Positions 13,401-25,200 of a stretch of 64,000 nt of DNA are shown here, in pieces (position 1 is the stretch's first letter; each line of letters opens with the position of its first letter). The translations under genes were made by a program, and so were the position numbers. Source of the DNA: Vicugna vicugna (Eukaryota); contig MU057584.1 of assembly GCA_013265495.1 (NCBI GenBank), positions 536,608 through 600,607 of the forward strand, written 5' to 3'. The notes below the pieces were generated by a model. It worked only from the letters and a program-made list of their open reading frames with translations, ran no database searches and was not told the origin of the DNA.

Positions 13401-16400
13401 TTTTACCTAGCATAATGTTATGAAAATTCATCTATGTGTAGCCTGTATTAGCGCTTCGTTCCTTTTTATGGCTAATATTCCATTGTATGGATAGATTTCA
13501 TTTTGTTTACCCATTCATCCATCATTTGATGGGCATTTGCGGTATTTCCGCAAATGAATAGTGTTGTTATGAACACTTGTGTTGTGAACAAAGTTTTTGT
13601 TTGAACATCTGTCTTCAATTCTTTTGGTTATGTACCCAGGAGTGGGAGGTTCTTATAAAATTTTGAATGAAAGAGCAAATTGTTAATGGGTGGCTCATCT
13701 GTGCCAGGCTCTGTGCTAGGCAGTGTTGGGACACAGCAGTGACAGGTACAGGCCCAAGCTCTGCCCTCACAGGGCTCTCAGTTCAGTGGGAGGTAGGGAA
13801 AGAAATACAAGTTACAAACCTGGGTAGTACTGAGAGGGAAGAAGACGAAGAACAGAGATTGAAAAACAGGAAGACCAGACATGGTCCAGACATCTGGGAA
13901 GGCTTTCTAAAAGAGGTGATATTTGGCCTGAGGACTGAGGAATGCCGAGGAGATTGTTAGGATCCTGGGAATGGGGGTCAGGGCAGGGAATGTGAGTCCT
14001 ATTCCATCATTCACTCACTGGCTGATCTCGGGCAGGTGACTTCACTACCCGGAGCCTCTGTTTCCTCATCCCTAAAATGAGCTGGGGTTAGGATGAGATG
14101 CAATCTCAACTACCCAAGAACTACACTACCAGGAGTCAGCATTTACTGAGGATTTTCTGAGTGCCAGACCTGGAGCTAGTATTTTGCATAATGCCAATAG
14201 AATCCATCATAGTTAACATGGACTAAGCACCTTTTATGTTAAGCCCTCTTCTAAGCCTTTTCTTGGAGTGACTCACTTAATCGTCCCAACAACTCCTATG
14301 AGGTGAGTACTACTACTTTCCCTCTTTAAGGTGAGGAAACTAGGTCCAGAAATAAAAGCTCACTTTGCCAAGCCCTAGGAGCTAGTGATGTAGAGCTCTA
14401 GCCTGCCTGGATTCCCAACTTGCTGACTATGTGACCTTGGACAAGTGACTTTATCTCTCTGTGCTTTGCTTTCTCCTCTATATAATGGGCTTCCTAAATG
14501 TAGTTTTTCCATAGGATTGTGTGTGTTAGAGGCAATCTGTGTGTGTCCAACACATATAAAGTCTCAGTATATGGAGTTAGTGTGATGAGAAGCAATGCAA
14601 TAAGACAAGAAAAAGAGATAGCAGGCAAAGTAGCATACTGAATCATGACTATTCTGCTACCAGTTGTGTGACCTTGGGTAAGTCTCTTAAACCCTCCAAG
14701 CCTCAGTTTCCCCATCAATAAAGTGAATGTATAGAAAAGAGTTAATATAGCAGATCTGAGACTGTTATCCTTTGATAGGCCAACTTATGAGGTTGACCCT
14801 TGGCTGGCTTTTGGGAACTTGGATTTTGGGAGGGTTCCTACCATTCCTTGACTATTAAGAGTGGCTTGCTCTGCCTAAACTGTGCAAACAATGTGGTTTG
14901 TGTGGCTCACCTGCTTTCCTTCTGGGAGTCTGGAATTTGGGTATGTGTCAGTCGGAGGATGCCAACATGAGCAGCTCCCAGTAAAAACCCTGGGCAGTGA
15001 GTCTCTAATGAGCTTCCCTGATAGAAGCATTTCATGTGTGTTGTCAACTGGGGGGTGGGGGCAGGGGGTGCAATTAGCATGTCCTTTGTGACTCCACTGA
15101 GGAGGACTCTTGGAAGCTGACGCCTCGTTTCCTTTGGACTTCGCTCCAGGCACCTTTCCCCTTTACTGAGTATGCTTCTGTATTTTTGCTGTTTTTGTTT
15201 TTTGGGGGAGGTAATTAGGTTTGTTTGTTTGTTTATTTATTTATTTAACAGAAGTACTGGGAATTGAACCCAGGACCTCGTGCATGCAAGGCATGTACTC
15301 TACCACTGAGCTATCCCCTCCCTCCTTTATATTTTTGCTGTAATACATCATAACCATGATTATGACTATATTGCTGAGTCCTGTGAGTCCCCTTAGTGAA
15401 TCACTGAATCTGATGGTGGTCTTAGGGGCCCCGACATGGTGGAAATATTAATACTACCTGCCTTTCAGGTTGTTAAAGGATTAGATGAAAATAAATATCT
15501 AAAATACTTAGTGACTGGCACACAGTAGGTGCTAACAGAAAGTTAGCTGCCACTGTGATTAGTTTTAGTCTTAGAAATATTGATGTTGATTTGGGGGAAG
15601 GCTGAGTGAGTTGGGGCCCTGGTGGACCAGTGTCCCTTGCTCAGCTGATGTCCCCACTTTCCTGCCAGAGGATATATCAGTGGTGTTCAGCAGAGCCTCC
15701 TGGGAAGGCCGGGCTGACTTCTCCCAGGCCGACGTGCACCGCCAGATTGCCATTGTGTTCAAGACACCGCCCTACGAGGACCTGGAGATCGTTGAACCTG
15801 TGACAGTGAACGTCTTCCTGCAGCGGCTTACTGATGGGGTCTGCAGTGAGCCTCTGCCCTTCACCTACCTGCCTCGGGACCATGGTAACCACGGCAAACC
15901 AGGGTGACCCATCACCCTAGAAACCAGGTCTTTGGCCTTGCTTGGGGTCACCCAAAGAGGAAAGGGGAAGAGGCAGAAGTGGAATGCAGGGTCAGAGTTA
16001 CACAGCCTGGGGTTCAAATCCTGGTCTGCTGCCTACTGGCTGTGTGACCTTGGCCTCTCTGAGTCTCAGTCTCCTCCTGTGCAAAATAGAGGTAGTAATA
16101 GTATCCATCTCATGGCATTTTGGGTGTATTTAATCATTCCTCCCTTCAGCATGACTGCCCCTGCCTGGCCCTCTCCTGGGTGGTGCTGGTGACACAGCAG
16201 TGACTGAGATTGCCCCAGCCCTGTCCTCATGAGCTCATAGTCTTATGCAGGGGGGAACATTTGTTCCCATACAGTGACAACCAGAGTGGAAAAGACTGGG
16301 ATGGAATTACTTAGGGGACTCCGATTGCCCAGAGTGGGGCAACTGACCCTGCCTTAGGTATCAAGGAGGGCTTCCTGGAGGAAGGGACAGCTGACCTGAG

Positions 16401-19400
16401 GATGGGAGGATAACTAAGCAGTTCTCCAGGGAACTGGTTAGAAGTGAAGCAGCAAGTGCAAAGGCCCTGAGGCAGGATTGTGCCTGGGATGCTTCAGGAA
16501 CAACAAAGAGGCCAGAGTAGCTAGAAGTGGATTTGAGTCTTGTTCTGATTATGATGTAGACATCTATTTGCCTTGGTTGGGCAAGAACCAGAACAGCTCA
16601 GCAACTTCCTAAGTGGTCTCTAGAATGAATTCTTAATTAATTTCTTATTTGTAATGGATTACTTTGTATGCCCCTGGTATCTCCTGAACAGACAGCTACG
16701 GCGTGGACAAGAAGCGGAAGCGCGGGATGCCTGACGTCCTTGGGGAGCTGAATAGCTCTGGTGCGTCCCATCTGCCCCTTTCCACATCCCTCTCCAGGTC
16801 CCTAGGAGGGGGTGACTGATCTCATCTTCCTGTCCTACCCTAGGCTGGGGAGGAGTGGTGGGGCTATGGGGTCCAGGGGTTCTCATCTCTTCTTTCCCTC
16901 AGACCCCCATGGCATCGAGAGTAAACGGCGGAGGAAAAAGCCGGCCTTCCTGGATCACTTTCTGCCCAGCCACGGCTCAGGTGGGTCCTGACTCAGGGCA
17001 AGCCCAGCCTCTGAGGTGGGCTGAGGGTGGGCTGCAGCCCTTTTTTTCTGGCCTCTTCTAGCCCCTAAGAGCTCCCACACGGCCAGTGACTTACCACTTG
17101 GCCAGCAATGTGAAGTGGAAAGAATAGCGGTTCTGGATACTGTCCTGAGGCACCAGGCCATTTACTTGCTGTGACCTTCACCAAGTTGCTCCACATCTCA
17201 GAACCTCAGGGCTCCTCTGAAAAGTATCAGCCCACACCTCTTCACTGGCCTTTTACAATTTAATATATTTATTTTTCCAGACACTGTATAATGAGCACAT
17301 TACTGCTTTGTGTGTGCTTACTAACTTCATCTGTGCAATCACCCCCCCAAGGTGGGTGTTGTTATCCCCCGCAGCCCCACCCCCATTTTACTGGTGAAAA
17401 ATCTGAGGCCCAGAGAGGTGAAGTCTCTTGCCCAAAGTCACACAGACAGTCTGTGGTAGGGCAAGGAGTTGCACCAGGGTGTAGGTTTAGATTAGTGATG
17501 ATGGATGTGAAACGGGTTGCAGGGAGTAGACGGTGGATAAATGGAGGTGGTCGTCAGAGCCAGCCTTGAACTCAGTCACCGTCTGGCCTGTTCTACCCCT
17601 GCTTTCCTCTCAACTTGCATGCCAGCCTCCAGTTCCACCCCTATCTGGCTGCTATCCAAAGCCTCCCCACTTGCTGACCACTAGCTCTGAGAATGCTGTC
17701 CCCAACACTCCAGCTACCCCATGGTATCCAGCTCCTAGCCAGCCACCAGCCACTCAGAGTCTGCTGAGCCCAGACCACTCCAGCCAGTCCCACCCTGGAG
17801 GTTTCAAGTACCCCCTGTTGTCCCCTCAACCCTCTGCAACGGTAACCAATGCCCAACAGCTGTGCCCCTAGAAACCCTCAATCCTAGTCCATTTCACCAA
17901 ACTTCAACCCCCAATCCTTCAACCCCCTGAAGCCCCTCCTCATCAGCCACCTGACATTCATCCACCTGCTCTGTCACCCCAATTTACCGGTGTCTAAAGT
18001 CCCCCTCTCTCATCCTTCTGCCAGATCAGCCATGGCTCTGTAGTGTAATGATTAGGAGCATGGCCTCTGGAATCAGACTGGGTTTGAATTCTGAGGCTAC
18101 AATTTAGCCACTGTGTGATTTCTTTGGGCCTCAGTTCACTTAACTTTCAGATGGAGACCTACCTCTTAGGATCCTTTCCAGAATTTAATGTGGTCACATC
18201 ACACAATTGTTTATCAGCACAGTGGCTGGCATAGAGTTGTGCCCAGGAGATGTAAAGAACTTGCCAGAAACCAGGAATGCCACCTGCATTTGTTATGATC
18301 ATGTTTGATTGCCTTCACAGCAAAACCCAAAGTAACAGACTTCAATAGGATAGAATATTATTTCTCCTCTCACATAAATAGAGTCCAGTGGTAGGTGGTC
18401 CAGGAACAGTTTGGTGGCTGCATGACCATCAGAGACCCAAGCTCCTGCCATTTTCAACTCACAGTTTCCACCTCATGTTCCAAGGTGGCTGCTGCAGCTC
18501 CAGCCATCATTGCCACATTTCAGCCAGCAAAACTTAGTCACATGACCACATTAAGCTGCAAAGGAGGCTGGGAAATTTGAGTCCCAGCAGCACTGTGTCT
18601 CTGCAACAACTGTAATCAGCCTTTGCTGGTGAGGTTTGTCTTCTCTCAAAAAGAAAATCTCCCATAATAACACTTATGTTCTTACAATTTTGGGACTGGT
18701 GACTTCTCACTTGGGTCTCCCATGGCACAGAGATTTCACTTTTGGGGTTGTCTCTATATTCTGGGGGGCTCTGGGGCCTCCTCTTCTTCCTCATTCTTGG
18801 GGATAAACTCCCTAGCATTGCAGGAGCATGATTTCATCTCTGGTTGCACAGCTCGCCCGTTGACTGCAAATTATTTTGCCTGTCTGCTTATTAAATGAGA
18901 ATGATTCTATATTTTTTTGAGGAATCTCTATACTGCTTTCCACAGTGGCTGTATCAATACATTTACACTCCCACCAACAGCATATGGGGATTCCCTTTTC
19001 TCCACATCCTCACCAACATGTTATTTATTATTTGTGTCTTTTTGATGATAGCCATTCTGACAGGTGTGAGGTGGTATCTCATTGTGGTTTTAATTTGCAT
19101 TTTACTGATGATTAATGATGTTGAGCATCTTTTCTAGTGCCTGTTGGCCATCTGTATGTCTTCTTCCGAAAAATGTCTATTCAGGTCTTTTCCTCATTTT
19201 TCAATTGGGTTTTTTTTTTTTTGATGTTTAGTTGTATCAGCTGTTTATATATATTTTGGATATTAACCCCTTATCATGATATTGTTTGCAAATACCATAT
19301 GACCCAGCAATTACACTCCTGGGTATATAACCAAAAAAAAAAAAGAAGACACTAATTTGAAAAGATACATGCATCCCAATGTTCATAGCAGCATTATTTA

Positions 19401-20462
19401 AAATAGCCAGGATATGGAAGCAAACTAAGTGTCCTTCAACAAATGAATGGATAAAGATGTGGTATATATAAACAATAGAATACTACTCAGCTGTAAAAAA
19501 TGAAATTTTGCCTTTTGCAACATGGATGGAGTTGGAGGGTATTATGCTTAGTGAAATAAATCAGATGGAGAAAGATAAACACTGTATGATATCGCTTATG
19601 TGTGGAACCTAAAAAAATACGACAAACTAGTGAATATCACAAAAAAGAAACAGACTCACAGAACAAACTAGTAGTTACCAGTGGGAGAGGGCAGGGGGGA
19701 GGGGCAACACAGGGGTAGGGGATTAAGAGGTACAAACTATTAGGTATAAAATAGCTACAAGGATATATTGTACGAGGAATATAGCTAATATTTTATAATA
19801 ACTATAAATGGAGTATAACATTTAAAAATTGTGAATCACGATGTTATACACCTGAAACATAACAACACTGTACATCAGCTATACCTCAATTTAAAAAATT
19901 GTAACAACAACAAAAAAATAAGAATGGTGATAGTCCCTATTCAGAGTTTCTCCGTGACATTTAAGGAGGCCACACAGATAATGCATTTAGCACCAGACGG
20001 GGCATTTGAATTAGGACCTGGCCGGAGGTTGACTCTAAAGCCCACCACACTTCCATCTTTCTCGTCATCCCTGCAGGACCGTTCCTCCCGCCGTCAGCGC
20101 TGTTGCCAGACACAGATTTCTTCCCGGGCACCGTGTCCCTCCCCGGCTTGGAGCCCCCCGGCGGGCCAGACCTCTTGGACGATGGCTTTGCCTACGACCC
20201 CGCTGCCCCCACGCTCTTCACCATGCTGGACATGCTGCCCCCAGCGCCGCCACTCACCACCGCTGTCGCGGGCAACGGGGGTGCAGGAGCCGCGGTCGGG
20301 GAGGCCCCCGGCCCCGAGCCGCTGACTCTGGACTCGTACCAGGCCCCGGGCCCCGGGGATGGAGGCACTGCCAGCCTCGTGGGCAGCAACATGTTCCCCA
20401 ACCAATACCGCGAGGCGGGCTTTGGCGGCGGCCTTCTGTCCCCGGGGCCTGAGGCCACGTAG
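1267..20462 (+). CDS. RELB: RELB, NF-kB subunit (5'-partial; exons 1-2 lie upstream of the window)
   Basis: Join 1267-1275, 2458-2804, 8084-8241, 9717-9808, 9987-10118, 11681-11785, 15669-15884, 16692-16760, 16903-16980, 20077-20462. All introns are GT-AG with consistent phases. The translation contains the Rel homology domain ([22 protein letters not shown]), IPT domain, NLS KKRKR and the RelB C-terminus [12 protein letters not shown]. Confidence 0.98.
2458..2804 (+). CDS. RELB: RELB exon 4
   Basis: cacag|AGATCATCGAC...ATCGAG|gtgggg; [12 protein letters not shown]...[30 protein letters not shown]. Confidence 0.97.
3087..3183 (+). mobile_element. tRNA-Ala-derived SINE (Vic-1-like)
   Basis: ggggagggtagagctcagtggtagagcgcatgctcagcatgcacgaggtcctgggttcagtccc plus an A-rich (AAC)n tail; Pol III A and B boxes. 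Confidence 0.85.
4880..5197 (+). mobile_element. MaLR solo LTR (MLT1A-like)
   Basis: tgctgtggtctgaatg...gaaatcctaacc...ctctggaactgtgagaaatacatttctg...aagaca resembles the MLT1 consensus. Confidence 0.75.
5477..5875 (-). mobile_element. MaLR solo LTR (MLT1-like) inserted in an old L1
   Basis: TG...CA termini; 5-bp TSD ggtgg/ggtag; ctggaggctggaa and attagggcccaccctaa motifs. Confidence 0.75.
7409..7468. repeat. (TTAT)15 microsatellite (SINE tail)
   Basis: 60 nt of perfect TTAT repeats. Confidence 0.95.
7409..7588 (-). mobile_element. tRNA-Ala-derived SINE (Vic-1-like)
   Basis: ggggattgaacccaggacctc...ctctaccactgagctataccctcccc (reverse orientation) with (AAAT)n tail. Confidence 0.85.
8084..8241 (+). 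CDS. RELB: RELB exon 5
   Basis: ctgcag|CTCCGG...CACAG|gtaccc; [35 protein letters not shown]... Confidence 0.97.
8602..8685 (+). mobile_element. tRNA-Ala-derived SINE (Vic-1-like)
   Basis: ggggggagagtgtagttcagtggtagagcgcatgc...tcctgggttcaatccccagtacc plus A tail. Confidence 0.85.
9717..9808 (+). CDS. RELB: RELB exon 6
   Basis: actcag|CTTTAAC...AATG|gtgagt; [30 protein letters not shown]. Confidence 0.97.
9987..10118 (+). CDS. RELB: RELB exon 7
   Basis: ccacag|CTGGG...AAGA|gtgagt; [23 protein letters not shown]...EPVYDK. Confidence 0.97.
11681..11785 (+). CDS. RELB: RELB exon 8
   Basis: tcccag|AGTCC...AAAG|gtgagg; [35 protein letters not shown]. Confidence 0.97.
13090..13650 (-). mobile_element. 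L1 3' end fragment (L1MB-like)
   Basis: T-rich tail; caaccactaatctattttctgtctctatggatttgcctattctggacattt motif. Confidence 0.8.
14728..15438 (+). mobile_element. ERVL solo LTR (MER68/MER21-like) within a MIR
   Basis: tgtatagaaaagagttaatatagcag...gtggtcttaggggccccgaca; 5-bp TSD gtgaa/gtgga; MIR halves on both sides. Confidence 0.7.
15193..15325 (-). mobile_element. tRNA-Ala-derived SINE (Vic-1-like)
   Basis: Reverse tRNA-like head; 12-bp TSD tatttttgctgt at 15181-15192 and 15330-15341. Confidence 0.88.
15669..15884 (+). CDS. RELB: RELB exon 9
   Basis: tgccag|AGGAT...CATG|gtaacc; [36 protein letters not shown]...LPRDH. Confidence 0.97.
16692..16760 (+). CDS. RELB: RELB exon 10 (NLS)
   Basis: gaacag|ACAGC...TCTG|gtgcgt; [23 protein letters not shown]. 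Confidence 0.95.
16903..16980 (+). CDS. RELB: RELB exon 11
   Basis: cctcag|ACCCC...TCAG|gtgggt; [26 protein letters not shown]. Confidence 0.95.
18906..19915. mobile_element. 5'-inverted (twin-primed) L1 insertion
   Basis: Antisense L1 at about 18906-19290 joined to a sense L1 3' end at about 19291-19915; TSD aaatgagaatgat/aaataagaatggt. Confidence 0.8.
20077..20462 (+). CDS. RELB: RELB last exon, coding part (transactivation domain)
   Basis: ctgcag|GACCG...; [16 protein letters not shown]...PGPEAT, stop TAG at 20460-20462. Confidence 0.97.
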
Positions 20463-20861
20463 CCCCCGCGGCGCTGGAGGAGAGGCGCTGGGTGGGCAAG
20501 GAGGTGGAAGGGGCCTTGCGAACCCAACCAGGATGTCCAGCACCCCCGTCCCCTTTGTGCTGCCTTTGGTTAGTCTTCCGACGTCCTCATCCTTCGGAAT
20601 CGGACATCTTCAGCGGTGGCGTGAAACTCCGTAGCATCGGTTTCCCCTGAGCCCATTTTACAAATGAGAAAACTGAGTCTGGAGAGGAAAAGGGGCTTGG
20701 CTCCTTTGCACTAGCTTCTTAAAGCTGCCTCAGCTCCCACAAGTGGGGGCACCTTCTCTAGGCGGATTCTGAAGTGTACATATGGGAGGAGGTTGCAGAT
20801 CCTCACCCCTCCTTCCCCAGGTCTGAAGGTGGGGGGTAGGTTGTTTGTTCAGAGTCTTCCC

Positions 20862-20867
20862 AATAAA
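20862..20867 (+). terminator. RELB: RELB polyadenylation signal
   Basis: AATAAA about 400 nt after the stop codon. Confidence 0.85.
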
Positions 20868-20949
20868 GATAAGTTTTTGAGCCTTGGGGGGGATCTCGTC
20901 TCTTCTCCGCTTCAGAAACACCCACAGTTCCAACTTACAAAGTCTCCAG

Positions 20950-21450
20950 GCTCTCCTTCCGCTCCGCTATTTCGACCTTCAAGCCCCGCCCCTTCCTCCA
21001 CACCCTACCCTAGACCCCGCCTCTCGCGTCTGCGGAAGCGCCCTCCGCCACGCACCGCACCTTCCCCTTACTCAGCCGCCCAGTTCCGCTTCCGGTGCGG
21101 GCCGCGCGCGAGCGCAGCGGTGGGAGGCGGCGACGAGCCGGTGAGTGCAGGCGGCGGGCCTTGACCTCCCAGCTTCGGGCGACGTCAGGCCAGCTTCGCC
21201 CTCGCCTCGGCCTCTCCCCTGTCTGCTGTGAGATTCTGCCTGGCCCCGGTCCCGAGGGCCGCCCGCCCTGCACCTCCTCGGCCTACCGGGCCTCAGGCCG
21301 CGCCCTGCGCCCGCCGTTGGACCGAATTCGCCGCGTCGGACCCGCTGTTTGCCACAGGTCCCGCCCCCTTGTCAAAAATACTTAACCCGAACCCTCAGGC
21401 CCAGACCTGGTGCTCGATCCCTGTCCAAACCCGCGGTCTCCGCCTCAGTC
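20950..21450 (+). promoter_or_regulatory. CLASRP: CLASRP CpG-island promoter and non-coding exon 1 (donor after 21140)
   Basis: CpG-dense; GC boxes (ccccgcccc); ETS core cttccgg at 21089-21095; donor CCG|gtgagt at 21141. Exact TSS cannot be determined. Confidence 0.85.
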
Positions 21451-22165
21451 CACAACCCTTGCCCCTAAACTCAGCCCACTCCTGCCTGTCTGCCTTCTCC
21501 GCCTCCCTCAGTCTCTGTACCTTTCTCCTCCCCTCAGCCCCCGATTTAGATTCCTTCTTTAGACCTTAGCGGTGCTCTGGTCTTTCCTTAACAGCACTCC
21601 CTCATGCTCCCCCTCCTTCCCCAAGTGTCGTCGTCTTCCGTCCACTCCCTTTGCCTGCCTTCGACCCCCACTTCCATGCCACTACTCTGTTCCCAGAAAG
21701 TCTTTCTCTTCTTCCGCCACCTACTTTCATCTCCAGACCCCTGCAGCCCCTACCCACCCCCTCGGATGACCCCTGGTTTTAGCTCTTCCCCCTCCTTGAG
21801 CTCCAGCCCCAGCTGCTCAAGGTCTGCCTCCAGACCTTATTTCAAACACTCCATTCCAAAACCTTTCATTCTTGATTCCAGCTGCTTAAACACAGAAAAC
21901 CCCTTTCGTAGGGATGCTCACTCCAGAATCTCCCAGTGGGGTTTCTCAGAAGCCCAAGCTGCTGGATCAGAGTTGTTCAGGATACACCTGAGCATCTGGC
22001 TCACAGTTCTGCAGCCTCACTTTCCCTCCCCGAAGCTGATGTTCAGGATCAGCTCTGTCACAAGCTTGTTAGGTGACTTTGATTCTGCCCATATGGTTTC
22101 TCCAGCCCATATGACACCCCTCCCCTCATCCCTCAGGTTGAGGCCGCAGACTTGGCCTCACCACG

Positions 22166-22264
22166 ATGTGGCACGAAGCTCGGAAGCATGAGCGGAAGCT
22201 TCGAGGCATGATGGTGGACTACAAGAAGAGGGCAGAGCGGAGGCGGGAGTACTATGAGAAGATC
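22166..22264 (+). CDS. CLASRP: CLASRP exon 2 coding part (exon starts at 22137)
   Basis: cctcag|GTTG...ccacgATG; MWHEARKHERKLRGMMVDYKKRAERRREYYEKI|gtgagt. Confidence 0.96.
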
Positions 22265-25200
22265 GTGAGTGACCTTTAATCTGGGCTGGGAGCTCTTCCA
22301 GGGGGTGGGGCCCTGGTCATCCTGGTAGAATTTGGGCTGGGAAGTACACCGAGACATAGAGCCCAGTTTCCCAGTTTCCGCAAGGGAATTTTCATTTTTT
22401 GAGCATAATGGTTGATAAGAACCTGAGGGATTTTGTTGATTGTAGCATACTGCATTGTTTGGCGTGGGCGCAGAGTACACAGCCAGTGTCAGCAGGAAGG
22501 AGGAAAGTCTTTGTAACACTCAGAGCAGTCCAGACATAAGATTGGCCACCTCCAGAATGGTGTCTGTCTTGCTTATTGCTGAATTTGCGGTCCCCAGAAA
22601 GTGCAGCTTTTCTTCAGGTTTGCCTTGGCACCCCGAAGCCGTGCCATCCATATTCATTAAGTGAGTGGACTCTGACCAATTTCCCTCTCCTGTTTAAATG
22701 CTTCAGTTGCCTTTGGAGAAAAGATCACATTCCATCCTGTGACCTAAAAGGCCTTTGTGATCTGACCTCTACTGGCCTCTCAGCTTCATCCTTAGGTAGC
22801 TCCACTGGCCTTTTTTCCGTCTCTGTCACCGCAGGGCATTGAGCCTGTAAAGACTCCTCACCTGTTTAACTCCCGCTAGCCCTTGAGGCCCCAGGTTGAA
22901 ATGGCATTTGTGTACTAGGTTCTATTTTCCTGTTAGGTGGTATTTATATGGACATTTCCATTAAATACCACATCACTGCCCCAGCCCCCTCCTCCCTGGT
23001 CTCCTGGCTTCCAGTCCTGCCCCCTCTAATCCACCCTCCTCCAGGGGGCCAGAGAGGTCTTTCTAGAGCACAAAGCTGACCCTGTCCTTCCCTTGCTCAG
23101 AACTTCTCCATTGCTCCTTAGTGCCAGGCTCCTCAACACAGCCTGCAAGACCCTGCATGACTTGGCTTTTACCACCCCCTACAGACTCATACCACTCTGT
23201 TTTCTGTCTTGTTTCTCTCCTTATGCTATCTGGCCTCCTCACTACCCAGGGCGACTTTATCTAACAAAAAGATATGTGAAGAGTATCCGTTTACCTTCCA
23301 AATTATATAGTCCTCTCCAGCCACAGGGCCTTTGCCTTCACTCCTGCTCATCTGTCAGATCTCAATCCTCAGGGAAGTCTTCCCTCATCCCCCATACACA
23401 GCTGGGTGTCCACTATAAATATCCCCATCATAGCTCCCTATTCAGCTCTGTAAGAGTGGAGCCTAGTTATATTGGGGTCATGTTTGTATCCCAAGCTTGG
23501 GTCCAACCTGATTTGAAAGAATGAATGAATGAAACAATAGCAATAGCAGTTACCATTTTAATTGATCCCTCTTAGGCCCCAGGCTTTGTGAAAAGAGCTT
23601 TAGATAGATGCATTTTTTCTTTGAATCCCCACGGTCATCCACGAGACAGGCTGTTATTACCCTAGGAGAGGCCTCTCAGAGCATCTCGCTTGCCTTCTGT
23701 CACCCAGGAGGGAACCACTGGGCTTAGGGATGGCCAGTCTCTGGTGATATCAGAGTAACATGCCCCTGAGGGCTGGCCCTGGGTCTGTGTTGGTTATAGT
23801 TGAGGCCCCAGCGATGGACCAGGAACATAGTGCTCAGGAATGAATAGCTGCCATTTATGAAGGGCCCATGGTGTGCCAGACCCCATGCCTGCTACTTTGG
23901 CACATTCTTTCTAGTCCTTTCAGCAGGCCTGAGAGATTGCTGTTGTTCCTTGTGTTAAAGGTGATACTGATAGTAAGGGCTAACGCTCTTGAGCATTTAT
24001 GTGTTACCCACTGTGCTGAACACTTGACATGCGTCTCTGCTTCATCAGATCCTCACCCCAGCCTGGGAGGTAGTTTGCTTATCGCCATTTTACAGATGAG
24101 CAAACTGAGGCTCAGAGAGTCCTGGCCTACAGTCATGTAACAAGAGAGCACAGCTGGCATTCTAACCCAGACTCTGACCTTTGACCTCTCAGCTATCCAC
24201 TGGGCTTTCTACTGCAGAAGTAGAAGTTCAGAAAGGTGCAGCAGCTTGTCCAAGGTGACACAGCCAGGAGGCAAAATACCAAAATGGTTAAGCCCTTAGA
24301 GTTTGGAGTCACAGAGCTCTGGGTTCAAATTCCAGCTGTTCCTCTTACATATAGTGTGACCTGGGGTAAGTGGCTGTCTCCCTGATCCTGGTTTCCTGTG
24401 AAATGATGTATCATGTAAAATCAGATTTGTCTGTTAATAACAGAGACCTAAAACATAAGTGGCTTAAGTAAGATAGAAATTTATTTCCTTTTTGCTTCAT
24501 AGCCCAGAGGTGGCCAGCTCTGCTCAGGGACCATTTTGTTGTTGAGCTGCGCATGCTCCTCTTCCCAGTGTTGTCTCAAGAGTCTAAGAGGGCTGCTCAA
24601 GCCATCATGTCTTTATTCCTTCCAGCAGGGAGGAAGGAGGGAGGGAAAAGGGGCCAAGGTGCTTATGCCAGTTGTTAAGAAAGTTTCTAATTGTTTGCAC
24701 GTGACACATCCACTCATATCTCGGTGGCTGAAAAGTAGCCCGGTGGTCATGTACAGCTGCAAGGAAGGCTAAGAGGCATAGACTCTCTTCTGGGTGGCCT
24801 TGTGCCAGATGTGTTAGAAGTCTTACTACTGTTGAGGAGAGGAGAATGGATATCGGTTGCCAACTAATGGTCTGCCACAGATGGTGGGGACAGGAGCACC
24901 TCCTTCCCAGAGCTGTTGGAGTGAAATTGGGCACAAGACCACTGAGGGTAGGCCTGCCCAGGGAAGCTTGCTCAGTGAACGCCAGCTCGGGTGGGACTAA
25001 AGTTATTATTGCCAGGTAGAGCTGGAATTGCGTCCAGGTTGATGGATGATGTGGAGGAGAGAAGGCTGGAGTTGTGTCACTCAGAAGGCCTGGGACTCCA
25101 GGCTCTCGCCCTTGTTAGCTGGAGAGCTCCCTGAGCTTTATTTCCCCCTTGGGACAGTGGTGATAACCAGCCCCTCTCACTGGGTGACAGGGAAGAGCTT

